Shown piece by piece: positions 28,843-41,937 of a stretch of 64,000 nt of DNA; position 1 is the stretch's first letter; every line of letters starts with the position of its first letter. The DNA is taken from positions 93,310,001 through 93,374,000 of the forward strand of contig OZ024744.1 of assembly GCA_964016885.1 (NCBI GenBank), given 5' to 3'. The notes beneath the pieces were generated by a model. That model was given only the letters and a program-made list of their open reading frames with translations. It was not told the origin of the DNA and ran no database searches. The DNA comes from Eledone cirrhosa (lineage: Eukaryota). The position numbers and the translations under genes were made by a program.

Positions 28843-30652
28843 TCATCATCATCATCAACGTTTAACGTCCGTGTTCCACGCTTGCATGGGTTTGGACGGG
28901 GGTATTCCCACTTGAGGCAAGAGTGATTGTCTTGCTCGCATAGGACTGTCTGGCAGGTTTTCTACAGCTGGATGCCCTTCCTAACACCAACCACATTTAC
29001 AGTGTGGGTCTGGGAGGTTTTTACCATGTTGCCTACACGGCCACATTACAGCGTGGACTGTGTGTTTTTTTGTTGTGACACCTACACGATCTCATTTGTT
29101 TCGGCCTGGATGGCGCGGCACCAACATAACTTTACATAGAACAGGGTGGTGTGGATGGGGTGGGGGTGGTGGTGGTGGTGGTGGTGGGATGGGGTGTATT
29201 TTGTTAGAGATGCCTACTGGCTGTAGTAGGTTTTACTATGTATTTAGGTAAGGCGGGTCTTCTCTGTTACTGAGTACCGCCAAAGGTCTCGGTTCAGTGA
29301 CATTGTCTTGGAGAGGTGTAAGTGTGTGAGGTCGGAGTTTATCAGCTCGTCCCAGGTTTTTCTAGGTCTGCCTATTCCGTGGCTACCGTCTATCTTTATT
29401 GCCCTGCACTTTGTTATACAGCTATCGACTTTCATGCGCATCACATGTCCATACCAACGTAGCCTTCTCTCGAGTAAACAACATCTGATCCCTCTTATTT
29501 CTAATTTTTTCCTTAGTTCGTTTATGCTTTGCCATTCACGTATATTACTGTTACACATCCAGCGGAGCATGCAAGCTTCGTTCCTCTCTAGTCTGCGTAT
29601 ATCCTCTGCACACAATGCCCAGGTCTCACTGCCATGCAACATTGCTGTTCGTATGCAGGCATCATACAACCTGCCTTTCATTTTTAGGGAGAACCCTTTA
29701 GCAGCTAATAGTGGTATAAGCTCTCTGAACTTTTTCCAACCAGTTCTGACTCTAGCTACTGTACTTTCAGAGCACCCTCCCCCACTGCTGATTTTATCAC
29801 CCAGGTAACGGAAGCTGTCCACTATTTCTATAGAACCCTCTGCGCAATTGAAAGAGCTAGTATTTTGTGGGCACTTGCTGCTACTTATTGCACCAGAGCA
29901 CCGGCCACATGTAAAATCTCTGTTCTTAGTTAGCTTACCTGTGATCCCACTACATCTTTTATGCACCCATACTTTGCATTTGGGACATAAAATGGAGTTT
30001 CTACCTATGCCTTTCCTACACACTGAGCATGGCCATTTCCCAGAAGGGACCGCCGCCTTATTTTCTTTCCTACAAACTAGAACTTTAGTCTTAGCCAGGT
30101 TAATTTTAAGGACTTTTGATTCTAGGCCGTGCTTCCATGTTTGGAATTTCTTCTCTAGCTCGGCCATTGATTCAGCTATGAGTGTCAGGTCGTCTGCGTA
30201 TAGGAGTTCCCATGGGCAGCCGGTCTTGAACTCCTCTGTTATAGCCTGAAGGGCAATAATAAATAGTAGGGGGCTGAGAACAGAGCCCTGATGGACGCCA
30301 ACTTTTACGCTAAACTCTTCACTATATTCGTTGTTAATTCTAACCTTGCTGACTGTTTCTTTATACATGGCTTGTATAGCTCTCACAAGCCATTCGTCAA
30401 CCCCTAGTTTTCTAAGAGCCCACCAGATAATGGAGCGGGGGACTCTGTCGAAGGCTTTCTCCAAGTCGACAAAAGCTAAGTAGAGGGGTTTACCTTTAGC
30501 TAGGTACTTCTCCTGTAGTTGCCGTACAATGAAAAGAGCGTCTGTGGTACTTTTGCCTGACACAAACCCGAACTGCATTTCATCTAGGTCAATTCTCTCT
30601 CTGATTAGTTGTGCTATTACTTTTTCCGTGACCTTCATGACCTGGTTGATTA
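28843..30652 (-). mobile_element. 5'-truncated RTE LINE with uninterrupted 464-aa RT reading frame
   Basis: QFGF..GKSTTDA, FVDLEKAFDRV, QGSVLSP, YADD; near-identical to the 26.3-kb copy. Confidence 0.96.
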
Positions 30653-30952
30653 ATAATAATAATTGTTTCTACTTTTGGCACAAGGCCAGCAATTATCCCA
30701 GTGCATTACTGGTACTTTATTTTATTGACCCCGTAATGATGAAAGGCAAAGCTAAACCTCGACAGAATTTAAACTTAGATCGTAAAGGAATGTAACTATA
30801 TGCCAAAAAGCATGTTGTCCAACGCTCTACCGATACCGCTGCCAATCCATGGCCACAAAAGCAGTAATGAATAACGGTTTCTGATTTGAAACCAGATCAT
30901 AAAAGGCTATAACTCTATGGTGTTGAATTTTCTTAATTTTTTATTACTGTAA

Positions 30953-31010
30953 ACACTATGCACATTTCAGTGGCCAGGTTGCGTCAGAACCCGGAGACCT
31001 CATCAGGTGT
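30953..31010 (-). ncRNA. Type I hammerhead ribozyme motif
   Basis: ACAC-CTGATGA-GGTCTCCGGGTT...AACCTGGCCACT-GAAA-TGTGCA-TA-GTGT. Confidence 0.75.
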
Positions 31011-31197
31011 AAATTGCGTAATAGATGTATACCAACAGAATGATAGTAAGCTTTAAGGATACAATCAAAGAAAAACAAAGAGGAAAAGTGTGTGCCATGC
31101 TTCTGACCAAGAGACGGACAATGCTCACCCACCTCTATATAATTGCTTGAGTTTACCTGTAAATAAATATGTATATTGAATCATATGTATGTAACCT

Positions 31198-32775
31198 CAT
31201 CATCATCATCACCACCATATAATGTCCATTTTTCCATGCTAGAATGGGTTAGACATGTTATCCTATTGTAAGCAATGCCAGGTCAGGTGACCGTGTCTTG
31301 TACATACAGAACTGATTTGGACTTGGTTTCTACAGCTGGATGCCCTTCCTAACACCAACCTCATTTACAGTGTGTGCTGGATACTTTTTGTTGTGATACA
31401 AACACGATCACTTCAGAGTGTGGACTGGGTGCTTTTTGTCATGACATCAACATGACCACTTTACAGTGTGGGGTGGGTGCCTTTTGTCATGACATCTACA
31501 TGACCACTTTACAGTGTGTGCTGGGTGCCTTTTGTCGTGACATCTACATGACCACTTTACAGTGTGGACTGGGTGCCTTTTGTCGTGACATCTACATGAC
31601 CACTTTACAGTGTGGGGTGGGTGCCTTTTGTCGTGACACCTACATGACCACTTTACAGTGTGGACTGGGTGCCTTTTGTCGTGACATCTACATGACCACT
31701 TTACAGTGTGGGGTGGGTGCCTTTTGTCGTGACATCTACATGACCACTTCACAGTGTATGCTGGGTGCTTTTTGTCATGACATCTACATGAACACTTCAC
31801 AGTGTGTGCTGGGTGCTTTTTGTTGTAACACCTACACGACCACTTTACAGTGTGGACTGGGTGCTTTTTGTCATGACACCTACATGACCATTTCATAGTG
31901 TGTGCTGGGTGCTTTTTGTCATGACACCTACATGACCACTTTACAGTGTGGGGTGGGTGCTTTTTATTGTGACACCTACACGACCACTTTACAGTGTGGA
32001 CTGGGTGCTTTTTGTCATGACATCAACACGACCACTTTACAGTGTGGGGTGGGTGCCTTTTGTCATGACATCTACATGACCACTTCACAGTGTGTGCTGG
32101 GTGCCTTTTGTCATGATACCTACATGACCACTTTACAGTGTGGACTGGGTGCCTTTTGTCGTGACATCTACATGACCACTTCACAGTGTGTGCTGGGTGC
32201 CTTTTGTCATGATACCTACATGACCACTTTACAGTGTGGACTGGGTGCTTTTTGTTGTGACATCTACATGACACTTTACAGTGTGGACTGGGTGCTTTTT
32301 GTCGTGACATCTACATGACCACTTTACAGTGTGTACTGGGTGCTTTTTGTCATGACACCTACATGACCACTTTACAGTGTGTACTGGGTGCCTTTTGTCG
32401 TGACATCTACATGACCACTTTACAGTGTGTACTGGGTGCTTTTTGTCATGACACCTACATGACCACTTTACAGTGTGGGGTGGGTGCTTTTTGTCGTGAC
32501 ATCTACATGACCACTTTACAGTGTGGACTGGGTGCTTTTTGTCATGACATCTACATGAACACTTCACAGTGTGTGCTGGGTGATTTTTGTCATGACATCA
32601 ACATGACCACTTTACAGTGTGGGGTGGGTGCCTTTTGTCATGACATCTACATGACCACTTTAACAGTGTGTGCTGGGTGCTTTTTGTAGTGACATCTACA
32701 CGACCACTTTACAGAGTGGACTGGGTGTTTTTTGTTGTGTCATCATCACAACCCCACTTTACAGTGTGGGCTGGA
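31198..32775 (-). repeat. 48-bp minisatellite (about 29 copies) grown from an RTE/SINE 3' tail
   Basis: Unit GGGTGCCTTTTGTCGTGACATCTACATGACCACTTTACAGTGTGGACT, contiguous with tail motif CTACAGCTGGATGCCCTTCCTAACACCAAC. Confidence 0.92.
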
Positions 32776-33674
32776 CACTTAATATGTATGTATATGTTTG
32801 TATGTATGTATATATATATATATATATGTGTGTGTGAAAAGTAAACAGAAGTAACACAACAGAGAATAAGGTTCAATGAAGATATATATTAGTTTCACGC
32901 TTAATATAAAAGGAAAAGTCTCAATGTTTTGGATACTGGTCCCTCATCAGAACATAGAATGAGAAATTAAGGAAGAAATAGAAAGATAAAGGAGAGTGGG
33001 CAGAGGTAGAAAGGAAAAAAATGTGTGTGTGCATGTGTGTGTAAGTGTGTGTGTGTATGAGTTTGTGTGTGTGTATGTTTGTGTGTGTGTGTGTATGTTT
33101 GTGTGAGTGTGTGTGTGTGTTTGTGTTTGTGTGTGTGAGTTTGTGTGTGTGTGGTGTGTGAGTTTGTGTGTGTGTACGTTTGTGTGTGTGTTATTTATCT
33201 GAACAAACATGTAAGGATATGTGTGTGTATAAGTTTAAGATATTGATCTAAAAACCTTCCGTCATAATTTTTTTGATAGCTTTTCTTAAGATATGTTCCA
33301 AACACCAGATAAATAATTGGAAAGTTTGTTATATTGCTAAATCTCTGTAGATTCCAGATTATTTTATAAATTATTTAAAAATAATAGGCAGTGTCTTTCA
33401 TTTAGTAATATGGTAAGGAAAGGATTAACAAGGTTTACCTGGTCTTTGGAGGCAGATCTGACAGCATCAGTTGTGAAAAAACTTACCATTTTACATAGTA
33501 AAGAATTCATTAGTTGTCTTCTGAAGAATTTACCCGTTCATGACCACATTTCTAATGAAATACACTCTATTTTAATTAATTAATTAATGAAGAATTTTGA
33601 GGGATTTACTAAAATTATTAATTATTCCATTATTAAGAGAGTAACAATGTAAGGTTCTTATATAAAACAATGTT

Positions 33675-34280
33675 GGAAGGAAGAGGGTGATGACGTCATA
33701 CACTAAAGATGACTGAGAAAGGAAGGGGCGATGACGTCACACACTAGAGATGACTGAGGAAGGAAGGGGCGATGACGTCACACACCAGAGATGACTGAGG
33801 AAGGAAGGGGTGGTGACGTCACACACCAGAGATGACTGTGGAAGGTAGGAAGGGGTGATGACGTCACACACTAGAGATGACTGAGGAAGGAAGGAGTGAT
33901 AACGTCACACACCAGAGATGACTGAGAAAGGAAAGAGTGATGACGTCACACACCAGAGATGACTGAGGAAGGTAGGAAGGGGTGATGACGTCACACACTA
34001 AAGATGACTGAGAAAGGAAGGGGTAATGACGTCACATACTAGCGATGACTGAGAAAGGAAAGAGTGATGACGTCACACACCAGAGATGACTGAGGAAGGT
34101 AGGAAGGGGTGATGACGTCACACACTAAAGATGACTGAGAAAGGAAGGGGTAATGACGTCACACACTAGCGATGACTGAGAAAGGAAGGAGTGATGACGT
34201 CATACACTAGAGATGACAGGACGGAAGGGGTGATGACGTCACACACTAGAGGTGACTGAGGAAGGAAGGGGTGATGACAA
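33675..34280. repeat. 41-45-bp minisatellite containing TGACGTCA
   Basis: Unit GGAAGGGGTGATGACGTCACACACTAGAGATGACTGAGGAA. Confidence 0.92.
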
Positions 34281-34300
34281 ACTACAGAAAACAGCCTTTA

Positions 34301-35488
34301 TGATGCAGGCTGCTACCACTGTTGTTATGACTACCTCATACTACTCCTCCCTCTTTACATCTGATGCTGGCTGCTACCACTGTTGTTATGACTACCTCAT
34401 ACTACTCCCTCCCTCTTTACATCTGATACAGGCTGCTACCACTGGTGTTATGACTACCTCATACTACTCCTCCCTCTTTACATCTGATACAGGCTGCTAC
34501 CACTGTTGTTATGACTACCTCATATTACTCCTCCCTCTTTACATCTGATGCAGGCTGCTACCACTGGTGTTATGACTACCTCATACTACCCCTCCCTCTT
34601 TACATCTGATGCAGGCTGCTACCACTGGTGTTATGACTACCTCATACTACTCCCTCCCTCTTTACATCTGATACAGGCTGCTACCACTGGTGTTATGACT
34701 ACCTCATACTACTCCTCCCTCTTTACATCTGATGCAGGCTGCTACCACTGGTGTTATGACTACCTCATACTACTCCTCCCTCTTTACATCTGATACAGGC
34801 TGCTACCACTGGTGTTATGACTACCTCATACTACTCCTCCCTCTTTACATCTGATACAGGCTGCTACCACTGGTGTTATGACTACCTCATACTACTCCTT
34901 TCTCTTTACATCTGATGCAGGCTGCTACCACTGGTGTTATGACTACCTTATACTACTCCTCCCTCTTTACATCTGATGCAGGCTGCTACCACTGGTGTTA
35001 TGACTACCTCATACTACTCCTCCCTCTTTACATCTGATGCAGGTTGCTACCACTGGTGTTATGACTACCTCATACTACTCCCTCCCTCTTTACATCTGAT
35101 ACAGGCTGCTACCACTGGTGTTATGACTACCTCATACTACTCCTTTCTCTTTACATCTGATGCAGGCTGCTACCACTGGTGTTATGACTACCTCATACTA
35201 CTCCTCCCTCTTTACATCTGATGCAGGCTGCTACCACTGGTGTTATTACTACCTCATACTACTCCCTCCCTCTTTACATCTGATACAGGCTGCTACCACT
35301 GGTGTTATGACTACCTCATACTACTCCTTTCTCTTTACATCTGATGCAGGCTGCTACCACTGGTGTTATGACTACCTCATACTACTCCTCCCTCTTTACA
35401 TCTGATACAGGCTGCTACCACTGGTGTTATGACTACCTCATACTACTCCTTTCTCTTTACATCTGATGCAGGCTGCTACCACTGGTGT
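34301..35488. repeat. 61-bp minisatellite, about 19 copies
   Basis: Unit TGATGCAGGCTGCTACCACTGGTGTTATGACTACCTCATACTACTCCTCCCTCTTTACATC. Confidence 0.96.
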
Positions 35489-35634
35489 ATGTTATTTATA
35501 ATTCCTGAAAGAATGTTTAGACTCAATATACAAGTTTAATAAATCTTAAATTCAAACATAACAACGAAAAAAAAAAAAAAACCAAAATACAAAACTTCTA
35601 GTTTTCTTTTTTTCTTCTTCTTTTCTTTTTTCTT

Positions 35635-35640
35635 TTTATT
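35635..35640 (-). promoter_or_regulatory. Candidate polyadenylation signal of the GRXCR-like gene
   Basis: AATAAA on the minus strand about 580 nt after the stop codon, followed by U-rich sequence. Confidence 0.3.
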
Positions 35641-35729
35641 TACTTATTTGTTTTTGTTTTTGTTAATTTTTTTTTTCATTTTGTTAACTTAGACGTGATG
35701 TGATTGGTAATAATCGGTAATATCTGAAA

Positions 35730-36191
35730 TATTGGTAACATTAGTAACATTAATAATAATAGTAATATTAATACTATTGGTAACATTAGTAATATTAGTT
35801 ATATTAGTAACATTAGTAATATTACTAATATTACTAATATTACTACTATTGGTAACATTAGTAATATTAGTAACATTAGTAATATTAGTAATATTAGTAA
35901 CATTAGTAATATTAGTAATATTAGTAACATTAGTAATATTAGTAATATTACTAATATTGGTAATATTAGTAATATTAGTAACATTAGTAATATTACTAAT
36001 ATTACTAATGATACTAATGTTACTAATGTTACTAATGTTACTAATATTAGTAATATTAGTTATATTAGTAACATCAGTAATATTAGTAATATTGGTAATA
36101 TTAGTAATATTACTAATATTACTAATATTACTAATACTACTAATGCTACTAAATATTACTAATATTAGTAATATTAGTAATATTAGTAATT
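35730..36191. repeat. 9-bp AT-rich repeat (TAATATTAG/TAACATTAG/TAATATTAC), in the predicted 3' UTR
   Basis: Directly visible. Confidence 0.9.
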
Positions 36192-36221
36192 AAACCGCTT
36201 TCGTTTTATGTAATCTGCCAT

Positions 36222-36407
36222 CTATTCGGTATACCGACAATGGTCGCACTTTAAAAGTCCATTTTCATCACAAAAAACACAGCGGAGTTCTGCAAATTCT
36301 TCTGTGAAGTTATTCCGATGAATGGAACGCTTGCTTCCGTGACACACCGAGCATGGGACGTAGTTGTAGCCACCACACTTGGCACACTCCATTTGTACTG
36401 CAATTTT
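36222..36407 (-). CDS. GRXCR1: Terminal coding exon of a glutaredoxin and cysteine-rich domain protein (GRXCR1-like)
   Basis: After acceptor ttttcTAG, phase 0 reads KIAVQMECAKCGGYNYVPCSVCHGSKRSIHRNNFTEEFAELRCVFCDENGLLKCDHCRYTE*. Four CxxC motifs and PCSVCHGSK...C..C.ENGL..C..C match the GRXCR C-terminus. Confidence 0.93.
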   Translation of the reverse strand, partial: KIAVQMECAKCGGYNYVPCSVCHGSKRSIHRNNFTEEFAELRCVFCDENGLLKCDHCRYTE

Positions 36408-36611
36408 CTAGAAAAGGAAGAAAAAAAACAAACAAACATTGAATTGAATTGTAAAATAAAGTACCAGTAATGTACTGGAGTCGATGATTTAATCGACTCC
36501 CCCCCCACCCCTCCCCTCCTTCCAAATTGCTGGGCTTGTGCCTATATAAGAAATTATAATTATCTGTCATATTAGTACCAGCTTCTCCCTCTTCCCTCTC
36601 TCTCTCCCTCC

Positions 36612-37142
36612 CTCATCACCGTCATCATCATCATCATCATCATCATCGTCATCATTTATCGTCATCATCATCATCATCGTCATCATTTATCATCATCATC
36701 ATCGTCATCATCATCATCACCATCATTATCATCATCATCATCATCATCATTGTTATCATCATCATCACCATTATCATCATCTTCACCACCATCATCATAT
36801 CACCAACATCATCATTGTCATCATCATCATCATCACCATCATCATCGGCATCATCATCATTGTTATCATCATCATCATCATCATCATCATCGTCATTGTC
36901 ATCATCATTGTAATCATCATCATCATAATCACCATCATCATCATCATCATCACTATCATCACCATCACCACCACCATTATCATTGTCATCATCATCATAA
37001 TCACCATCATCATCATCATCACTATCATCACCATCACCACCACCACCATTATCATCATCATCATCATAATCACCATCATCATAATCATCATCATCATCAT
37101 CATCATCATTGTCATCATCATCACCATCATCATTATTATTAC
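36612..37142. repeat. (CAT)n microsatellite
   Basis: Directly visible. Confidence 0.95.
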
Positions 37143-37780
37143 TACTTTAAAGGTTAACTTTGCCTTTCATGCTTACAGGGTCGATAATAAAATAAAGTAC
37201 CAGTTATGTACTAGGGTCGATTTAATCGACTTTCCCTCTCCTCCAAAATTGTTGGCCTTGTGCTAAAATCAGAGACCATTATTATTCCTACTTTTGTGGC
37301 CGTGGATTGGCGGCAGTATCGGTAGAGCGTCGGACAAGGTGCTTTTCAGCATAGAGTTACATCCCCTTACATTCTAAGTTTAAATTCAGTCGAGGTTTAG
37401 CTTTGCCTTTCATCCTTACGAGGTCAATAAAATAAAGTACCAGTAATGTACTGAGGTCAGTTTAATCAACTTTCCCCTCTTTCCCTTCAAATTGCTGGCT
37501 TTGTGCCAAAAGTAGAAACAATTACTACTTTTGTTGTTATTATGGTCTGAGTTCAAATCCCGCCAAGGTTAACTTTGCCTTTCACCCTTATGGGGTCAGT
37601 AAAATAAAGTACCAGTAATGTACTGGGGTCGATTTAATCGACTTACCCCTCTTTCTAAATTGCTGGCCTTGTGCCTATATAAGAAACCATAATTATCTGT
37701 CATATTAGTACCAGCTTCTCCCTCTTCCCTCTCTCCCTCTAAGACAATATATTACAAATCTCACCAACCTTACTTGAAAA

Positions 37781-37823
37781 TCCTGATGATTTCATATAAA
37801 TGAAACAGTTCTAGTCCTGTAGA
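37781..37823 (+). ncRNA. Degenerate hammerhead motif (relative of the 40.7-kb copy)
   Basis: CTGATGA-TTTCATATAAAT-GAAA-CAGTTCTAGTCCTG-TA-GA; stem I is weak. Confidence 0.5.
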
Positions 37824-38913
37824 AGTCATTTTTATATAAAATAAATATACTTATATTATACTAACGTATTGAGTACCGTTTTTAACTGTTTTTTTTTTTT
37901 TTCTTGATGTCCTTCAGAATGCTATATTTGATTATATATGGTGAGAGGAAGAACATTCCGCTTTAAAAATCTTGCCAAATAAATCTCTGTAGAGAGTATT
38001 GCAATTGTTTGTCAGATAATAGAGTTTGGTGCACTTTTAGGCTATGGCCAGCCACACGAACCTGTAACATATCCTGAACAAACAATGCCTGTGCTTTGAA
38101 GGTTTTTTAAATGGAGAAAGGTCTTGTACTCAACCAATCCCACTCTCTGAGCATCGAAAAGACTACCCGAAAAGTTGAACAGGTCAACGTCATTGGATGC
38201 TTCCGAAGATGCAGGTTTTTTTTTCAACCCCACATACATACATACACAAATACACACACATACACATATATATACACTCATGGAAAAAAGAATTATTAGA
38301 GCTTTGGATAGAATGCAGGACATTCTCCAAAGCTAATGACAAAATGGCATTGTCCAGAAGGGCCTTTCAAAAGAAGATTCTATAATAAATGAAAGGTTCT
38401 TAAGTTTCATCTTTTAAAGAAAGAAAAAAAAGTTACAATATCAATTAGAGGATGATTGAAAGATCCAAGTCTTATTTAAAAGGGAGCGAAAGATGTGACC
38501 CATCTCCTGCCAAGGAAAAACTAACATTTAAATACCAAGCTGGAAGTGTTTGGTAAATGTAAGCATTCTGATAAATTCATAGTACATAACTGGCCACAGC
38601 CATCCAGGTCAAGACAGCAATGGTGGGGATGCAAATTATTTTTAATATATGCATCTCTTTTTTTAAATTTTTACTTTTGTTCTGACAGGTGGATTGTTTT
38701 GTTGATCCGATTCGACGAGTTCCATCCCTGAGGTCAAGATCTTGTTGATCTTAATAATAATTGTTTCTACTTTTTGGCACAAGGCCTGCAATTACTCAGT
38801 ACATTACTGGTACTTTATTTTATCGAATCCCCCGTAAGGATGAAAGGCAAAGTTAACCTCAGCGGGATTTGAACTTAGTCCGTAAATGGACATATATATA
38901 TATATAGAGAGAG

Positions 38914-40865
38914 ATGGAACCCAATAGAACAGTAGTGAATTTCCTGGACACCACCCTCAACCTCAACACCAAGCTACACCACCCATATCATAAACCCAAT
39001 GAGAAGCTGGTGTATATCAATGCTGGGTCCAATCACCCTAGATCTATAGTTAAGGCCGTAGTTAAGAGTGTCTCTGACAGGATCTCTAACTTGTCGGCTA
39101 ATAAAGAGATCTTCAATAGTAACGCTGATTACTATAACTCAGCGCTAGCTAAGGCGTCCCACAGCCATACAATCAGCTATAACCCTAAGGAACATGATCG
39201 AGATGACCCAAGGGTGGGTACCCCGGACCAATGCCCTCAGGGGCCTGAGTCACCCACCTAATACCTTGGTGACCAGTAGTAACACTCCCAGACCCATATC
39301 CGTCACCACCCCCGGTAGAAGGTCCTGCATACCCCACTGGTCTAATACCTACAACACTGAAGACCACTGTGGAGCATAGGCACCCCTGCACCGGCCCCAC
39401 CACCTGCCGAACCCTAATTGAGCAGGGAGGCCGCACCTCGCAGGTTTATAGCCCCATGGTGGGCCCATATAACCCTCATGATAGTGACTGCTCCGCACAC
39501 CTGAGTGACACCAACCGAGCTCGACCTGAGCTGTGCACAACCCCGCGATGGCCCGCGGCGGACACCCAACAACCCCACAAGAATAGGACCAGGAAGGTCA
39601 CATGGTATAACCCCCCCGTACTCGGTGGGTCTACATACCAGCCTGGCTAGAACATTCTTTAGAGTACTGGATAAATGTTTCCCTAGGGCCCACAAGTACC
39701 ATAAAATATTCAACAGGCACATGGTGAAACTTTCCTACTCAACCACACGCTCTGTAGCCCAGCACATAGCTGGCATAAATAGGAATAGGCTCACTGCCTC
39801 TAATACCACCGTTAACCCCGGAGCCACCCAACAGAACCAGCACGCAGGACGCAACGGAACCCGGTCAGGCCCAACTAGCACCACGGAACCCAACAACCCT
39901 GTGCTGATTGCGGAGGCTACCCAGCCAACCCCGAGTGATGGTAACCACGCGGTACATGTGGTGGGGCTTAAGAAGTCATGTAATTGGAGAGACCCATCCC
40001 TATGCCCTCTTAGTAACGAATGCATGACGAAAAACGTAGTCTACAGGTGCAAGGTCACAACCCCTAACTTGGAGCACCACTACATAGGATCCACAGTAAC
40101 GAGCTTCAAAGCTCGGCGGTATAACCATCGCCATTCCTTTAACAGAATAGATAGGAGGAAATGTACGGCCCTTTCTGAATTGATCTGGAAGCTCAAACTT
40201 GAAAAAGACCCCGCACTCTCTGGTCTGGTCCGTGGTTAGAAAGGTTCCCCCAGACAGAGGCGGGTCTGGTATTTGCAACCTCTGTCTTAGTGAGACACTC
40301 GAGATTCTTCATGGCGGAACCAAGCTATTAAACAGAAGGGCCGACTTATTCGGTGCCTGCAGACACCTAAGGACGGGAACTTTCCTCAAGCTATATGGAT
40401 AAACCCCGGTTACGGCCTCCCACAACCCCCCCCCCCCCTGTAGGTCCCCTACACCCCGTACCAAAGACCAATGGACAACAACAACCACCCATAGTTTGTG
40501 GTCCCTATGGTGGATGGTCCTCCGGATCCTCTACTGGTTAGGAGTCATTTAAACAACGTTTTATTGAACCTGATTTTATATATATATATATATATATCAT
40601 GTGTATGTATATATGTATATATTTTATGTAAGTGTGTTATTTTATGTATATATATATATTTTATATATAAGTTTTAATATAGATGAGATTCTACAGGACT
40701 AGAACTGTTTCATTCTTTAGACATCATCAGGAGATTCCTGATGATTTCTAAAGAATGAAACAGTTCTAGTCCTGTAGAATCTCATCTATATTAAAACTTT
40801 TATACTCTGCTATGTATTGAGTACCTTACTTACTGTGGTTACCTCCGATTCAACCCGGAATAACG
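38914..40865 (+). mobile_element. 5'-truncated, frameshifted Penelope-like element (Naiad-like) with 3' pLTR
   Basis: NFLD.TLNL...PY.KPN...SNHP, WYNPP, KIFNR..KLSYS, CPL...C...NVVY.C...YIG (GIY-YIG), C.LCLSE...LLN.R....CRH; flanked by (TA)n. Confidence 0.92.
40731..40783 (+). ncRNA. Type I hammerhead ribozyme in PLE 3' repeat
   Basis: GAGATTC-CTGATGA-TTTCTAAAGAAT-GAAA-CAG(TTCTAGTC)CTG-TA-GAATCTC; 7-bp stem I. Confidence 0.8.
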
Positions 40866-40918
40866 TATATTTTATATATATATATTTTATATATATATGT
40901 ATGTTCTGTGTATATATA

Positions 40919-40984
<66 letters not shown>

Positions 40985-41747
40985 GTGCGTACATACATCC
41001 ATATATATATATATATATATACACACCTGTATGGATTTGTGTGTGTAGATGTGTGAGTGTCTGAGGGGGTAGGTGTGAGTGTATGTACAAGTCAACCAAC
41101 CTTTTATTTCTAAATTTTCTATACTATCTAAGTATTGGACTCTAACCATTATTTTCAGTATTACCACCCCACATTAATTCCTCAATTTGTATGTGTGGAT
41201 GTGTGTGTGTGTCTGTGGAGGTGGATGTGAGTGTACATGCAAGCCAACCTACATAAGTAGGTTTGTAAATTTTCTACTCTAACCATAAATTTCAGTAGCA
41301 CCACTCCACATAAATTCCTCAATTTAAGAATGACCTCTAGTATCTATTTCATACTATTAACCTTAATTGAATATATATCTGACCAGGAATGCTTTTTGTG
41401 AAAATCAGTCATATGGAACTATTGTCATCTTGCCTGATGGTTTGAACTTTACAACACCACCTGCCTCTTTGAGGTCAAATACTAACCCTACTACCATCTA
41501 CAAACTGACCAATGAGAATCAAGACTATTCCTGCTGACAACATTAAAGTATTCCTAACAAGCTCATAAGTCCCAAGGCTTTGATACAATCAACACCATAA
41601 ACACAGAGCTGGCATATCTAAGAACTGACTAACTGCCTGATGAGGTCATAGCCATCATCTAAATATATATAGCAGTAAATAAAGGATTATGAGTTCATGC
41701 AATTGACTTATGTTTCGTCACTATATATTTATATATATTTATTTATT

Positions 41748-41809
<62 letters not shown>

Positions 41810-41937
41810 TAGGAGGTGAGTTTTATTGTAGTACAATAAAGCAATGCAGATATCGGATAAGAAGCACTCTACAGTTTGTAGGACTGGAGTATACATAATA
41901 TATAAGATCAAAAGATGGTTAAATGAGTTCCATGTAT

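Noticed and set aside
31374-32689. Cys-rich 16-aa repeat protein
   Set aside because: 48-bp minisatellite derived from a retroelement tail; the frame is broken by indels and stops.
32918-32953. Minimal HHR on the minus strand
   Set aside because: GAAA is mutated to AAAA and stem I is not closable; at most a relic.
38914-40402. Selenocysteine-recoded Naiad ORF
   Set aside because: I saw no in-frame TGA at conserved Cys positions here or in 62055-63868; the breaks are frameshifts.
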